A stretch of 64,000 bases of DNA from Azolla caroliniana (Eukaryota > Plantae > Polypodiophyta), in contig JBHGNT010000017.1 of NCBI GenBank assembly GCA_043228905.1, forward strand, positions 3,410,001 through 3,474,000, read 5' to 3'. The position numbers and the translations under genes are program-made. The notes under the pieces were generated by a model. That model saw only the letters and a list, made by a program, of their open reading frames with translations, was not told the DNA's origin and did not search any database. Positions 59,509 through 64,000 of this stretch are shown here, in pieces; position 1 is the stretch's first letter; every line of letters begins with the position of its first letter.

Positions 59509-61722
59509 GTGCGAGCTAATGTACCATATAATGCAAGAACTTCTGGGATACATCACATTGATGTGGAAAATGCATCTACTGAAGGTCAAGGGAGTGGGGG
59601 AATGGCTCCAGGAAAATTTGCTAGTTAAACCTGAGAAGGTGATAGGTCACGCTTATACCTTTTCATTAGCATGTTCTGGAAATGTGCTTAAGAAGAAATA
59701 TTGGGATCTTGCAGGTTCATACTATGTCTACTGGATATGCCGGCAACATTCGATTATTGTTTAGGAATTTTGATAGTCTCTTGTGCATGTGTGGCTTGTA
59801 TCCAACAACTTATTTTCTCGCTGAGGTGGATCTTGTTTTTTGCTATTCATTGGTTGTCTGGTGGATGGGATTTTTAATCCTATTTCAGGATGTTTTAGAA
59901 TGGACTTACAAGAAATCAGAGTATCTAAAACTGTGATAGAACTTGTTTGATAAATGGTAATGCGATAGAACTTGTTTGATAAATGGTGTTGAAAAGTATT
60001 ACAACAAGCTTATGATGTATTGCCATCATTAAACAAGTGCTTGGAAGATGTTGAGGGATGCATGCTGTGTATGTACATCAGTTAGTCTCTTAATTAATTT
60101 CTTCATAGCTAGATTATGCAAACAATCTATGTGTTTATCTGTTATTATCTAATGATATATTTACTATTGATTATGTAATATGGGGTTCTTTTGTTGCAAG
60201 CAGTGTCTTCAGAGGCTGCGATAAAGAAATTAAAGCTATTTAATTTTGTGTTTCTTTAAAGGGAGAAAGAGCTTTTTGTCATGTGCTTTCTAAAGAGATT
60301 CTAATGAACAAATTAATCATTTCTATTGAAAACTATGTTCATTTCCTTATACTAATTTGATAGAAACAACAAACATGAAGCATCGATGCTGTGATGATTT
60401 GAAGGTCTCCATTGACATGGAAACTATGTGGTATACTCTTGACAATAGTTTTTCTGGCTTGCTTTCAAGGATAGAATTTCTTCCTAGAGGGGGGGAGAAA
60501 ACTTCCCACACATTCAATTATTATGAATATGGATGTCAAATAATACATTAAATCTCAGCCAAGATGGATTGGTTAGACAATAAATAGACTTCCATGATAG
60601 TAAATGTGTGGAATGCATTGACAACTGTGGACACATGTATGATATTTCTCGATGGCATTCCAAAGACATCACCAATCTCAATATGAACTAAATGGTTAAA
60701 TGATAAATCCTTCAATTTGAATGTGTGCAAGTTCTGGTTGTACAGACAGCAGGAGGCTGTAGCCTGGATAATGACATCTAGGAGCTAAATATTTTTTGTT
60801 GCACTACGCCACCCATTATATAGTTTACCCTAGATGATCCAGTCAACTGCTGCGCATTTCAGGGGCATATAGAGATTTAGCGAGAAACAGATCTTATTAG
60901 AGTTGAAATACATACAGGATTCCCCAATTTCTTAAAATTCCTTGGCTTAGGGGTCAAAAGTATATTTCTAACAGGATAAATTTACATTTCTAACAGATTG
61001 GTTTGATGCTAGTGATGGGCTGTATCATTTCCTGCATAATTAAAAACATGTATGGTTATAGCTTGTACGTACCATGTTTGAACTTATTATCTAACCAATT
61101 TATCTTCTTTAGTATCTCCACCAATCACCTGTTATTCTTGCATAATGCAATTTCTCCATTTGTGTATCTTTCCCCTGGCCACTTGAACTGGAAGAAAACA
61201 TTCACGTTCAAGAGATTAAATACGATCACCTATCAAGAATAGAGTTTGCCTCTACAATGAAATAAGTACATCATTAGATGTTTTAATTTCTTCTCAACAG
61301 AATGTTGATCTAAATATCTATGTTGCTTGGCATCCTCACAAAATGGACACTTGCCAAGAGGTTACTTCAAGTTAGGGCTTCATGGAAATGGATACTCCAC
61401 ATCTGAAGATACCCCAATCTCCCTCATGAGTCTGTCTACCTACAGTCTCAATGACCCATTGATACAATGGAAAAATCAAGAAACTACCAATTCAAAATGT
61501 GTTATCTCGCGTTCGCAGCCCTATAAGAGCTTCTCAATCCTCTTCTTGTGTCCAGCCTAGGAGAGCACTCGCAATCATTGACCGAGTTCCATATACACTG
61601 TAGATCAGTCAAATGGAACATACATTTCAGGTACGATAACGGAAAAGAAAAACAAAAAAGTATGGGAATAGGGAACTAGCATCCATCCTTTGTGACAATT
61701 TTGATCTACGTACACCCTTGCA

Positions 61723-63975
61723 TTATAGATCACATAACATTCCACATGCAGCTCTTTCAGCTAGTTCTATATCCTTGTGAATCTTGGAAGCAGTAAATAA
61801 TGTCATCCATATCTCATCATGTGCCCGATATGGCATTTTATACACGAACTTTTCAGCCTCTTCCAGGAGGCCTGCACGACCAAAAAGATCAACCACGCAA
61901 GCATAATGATCCACTGAAGGAGAAATATCATGCTTCATACTCATGGCATTGAAATACCAGTAACCCTCTTCTAATAATCCTGAATGAGTGCAAGCAACAA
62001 GTATCCCCATGTATGTAGCTTTGTTGGGTTTGATACCCTCTTCAAGCATTTGCTCGAAGAGCATAATGGCATCATTGCTATGACCATGTCTAGCGAACCC
62101 GACAATTATTGTTGTCCATGGCACTACATCTTTATTTTGAATTTTGATAAAAATATGGTGTGCATCAATGAGGCTACCAGATTTTGCATACATGTCGATT
62201 AGGGCACTCACTATAAAGGTGTCTGTTTCAAGACCATTTTGGATCACATGTGCATGAATCTCTTTGCCGTGATCCATCATTCCTAAGCCAGCACATGCAT
62301 TCAAAGTGCACACAAATGTGTATGCACTAGGTGTCAAGCCTTCCCTTTGCATCGCCCAAAATAGCCGCAATACATCATTGCTATGCCCATTTTGAAAGAA
62401 CCCCACAATCATTGAGTTCCAGGAAATAACATTGCGATCTGGTAACTTCTTAAAAACATCAAATGCATCCTCAATGCTTCCACATTTTGCATACATATCA
62501 ACAATTGCACTACATACGTAATCATCAGATTCGTGACTATTTATGATACAAAATTTATGGATAAACTTTCCTTCATTCAAAGAGGAAAGGCGAGCACATG
62601 CATTGAGAAGTCCTGTGACAGTAAGAGAATTTGGTTTAATACCTTCCTCTTGCATAAGATGAAAGAGCCCTAAAGCCTCATTATCACATTCACAATCAAC
62701 ATACCCCAAGATCATTGTTTTCCAAGTTGCGACGTCTCGTTTCCGTTGCTGATCAAACACGAACCTCGCCTCTTCGATTGCACCACATTTTATGTACATG
62801 TCGAGAATATTATTTAGGACACCAGTATTGGATTTGAAACTGCTTTTCATGATAAAAGCGTGAACTCGCTTACACTTATCAAAGTCTTTAAGGTTGATGC
62901 ATGTATTTATCATCATGGTAATAGAGACTATATCTGGCTTTATGATTTGTTGTATCATTTTTTCAACAATTTCAAAGGCATTCTCATGGTGTCCATGTTG
63001 CAAGTAAGCTGATATTATTTCATTCCATGAGATCTCATCTCTCCTTTGCATTTGATCGAAAACTCGACGAGCTTCTTTTACACTTCCACATTTGGCATAC
63101 ATTGCAATTACAACGTTGTTCAAGAGGATATCTGAAGAGAAAATGCTCCTTTTAATGTATTCATGGATGTGCTTACCAAGCTTTAAGCTCCCCATATTAG
63201 CACATACCCTGAGAACACAAACAAATGCTACATTATCCGGCTTAATGTTTGCATCAAGCATGTCCTGGAAAAGTACCAGAGCATCTTCATTCCATCCATG
63301 GCTACTGTACCCAGAGAGAATGGAGGTCCAAGACACGAGGTTTCGCTCCTTCATGCATGCAAACACACTCTTAGCATCAACCAAATCATGGCATTTGCAG
63401 TACATCTTAACCATGGCATTTTGAACCAAAAGTTGTGACTCGTGCCCTTGTTCTACAACACAAAATTGGACCTCTTTCCCATAATCAAGAGCCACTAGGC
63501 CACCACATGCATTGAGTGCATATACAAATCCAGCCAAATCGAGCTTTAAAGTGCTATCCAACATTTCCGAGAACAACACAAGGGCATCTTCATGTTGGTT
63601 GTGATGTGTATATGCTCCCATCAGAACAGAGCAAGAATCAGTGGTCTTATGAGGCATGCTGTTTAGACTATATCTAGCTTCGAGGAAGCTACCACATTTT
63701 GCATACATGGAAATTAGGGTAAACCATGAGTGATTTTTGAGTTTGAAACCATGCTTTAGCATGTGGATGTGAACTTGTTTTCCTTCTGGAAGGGCTTTCA
63801 TCATACAACATGACTGTAGAAGGCGAATATATGTGTTGTCTGGATCCTCCCATGTTTCTGTGCTTCTTAAGGTTCGGATGATGAATGAGAGCCTGTCTTC
63901 TGTATATTGTCTCCTTCGTTTCCTCAGAGATGGATGAAGATGAGGAGAAGATGAAGAAAGCTCGAGAAGACGCAT
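61723..63975 (-). CDS. PLS-class pentatricopeptide repeat protein (organellar RNA-editing factor type), ends in E1-like motif
   Basis: Single 750-aa ORF with repeated MYAKCGS..A..VF...VSWN.MI / L.ACA.L..L..GK.IH motifs and HYACVVDLFGRAGLLEEA. Confidence 0.95.
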   Translation of the reverse strand: MRLLELSSSSPHLHPSLRKRRRQYTEDRLSFIIRTLRSTETWEDPDNTYIRLLQSCCMMKALPEGKQVHIHMLKHGFKLKNHSWFTLISMYAKCGSFLEARYSLNSMPHKTTDSCSVLMGAYTHHNQHEDALVLFSEMLDSTLKLDLAGFVYALNACGGLVALDYGKEVQFCVVEQGHESQLLVQNAMVKMYCKCHDLVDAKSVFACMKERNLVSWTSILSGYSSHGWNEDALVLFQDMLDANIKPDNVAFVCVLRVCANMGSLKLGKHIHEYIKRSIFSSDILLNNVVIAMYAKCGSVKEARRVFDQMQRRDEISWNEIISAYLQHGHHENAFEIVEKMIQQIIKPDIVSITMMINTCINLKDFDKCKRVHAFIMKSSFKSNTGVLNNILDMYIKCGAIEEARFVFDQQRKRDVATWKTMILGYVDCECDNEALGLFHLMQEEGIKPNSLTVTGLLNACARLSSLNEGKFIHKFCIINSHESDDYVCSAIVDMYAKCGSIEDAFDVFKKLPDRNVISWNSMIVGFFQNGHSNDVLRLFWAMQREGLTPSAYTFVCTLNACAGLGMMDHGKEIHAHVIQNGLETDTFIVSALIDMYAKSGSLIDAHHIFIKIQNKDVVPWTTIIVGFARHGHSNDAIMLFEQMLEEGIKPNKATYMGILVACTHSGLLEEGYWYFNAMSMKHDISPSVDHYACVVDLFGRAGLLEEAEKFVYKMPYRAHDEIWMTLFTASKIHKDIELAERAACGMLCDL

Positions 63976-64000
63976 AAAACCTGAATCCCGGAGAGGTAGA

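Overview
Eukaryotic, land-plant nuclear DNA, most likely a non-seed plant such as a fern or lycophyte. That assignment is inferred from a Tcn1/Tf1-like chromovirus, a fungal-type Ty3/gypsy lineage, a PLS-class PPR gene, GT-AG introns and abundant (CT)n repeats. Bases 1-21.5 kb are a deeply nested retroelement cluster. It holds four copies of a GC-rich, tRNA-Trp-primed Ty3/gypsy family ('family A'; one structurally complete at 9692-16530), a Tf1/Tcn1-like chromovirus (2213-6838), Copia-type LTRs, a solo LTR and a 5'-inverted L1-like LINE sitting in a (CT)n tract. Bases 21.6-30 kb are decayed AT-rich sequence with tandem duplications. Bases 30-64 kb hold five host genes: an MGGC-start repeat protein, a UBA-domain protein, a TIME FOR COFFEE-like gene, an NTF2+RRM (G3BP-like) gene and a PLS-class PPR gene. 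The most notable signals are cis-acting elements read from the sequence. (1) Family A has a textbook -1 frameshift cassette (G_GAU_UUU, 6-nt spacer, pseudoknot) placed AFTER the protease, plus CG-centred 4-bp target sites. (2) The chromovirus has a self-priming PBS, its own G_UUA_AAC pseudoknot frameshift, a heat-shock-element array and a tRNA-like segment in its LTR. All coordinates and alignments were done by eye; no database searches were run.
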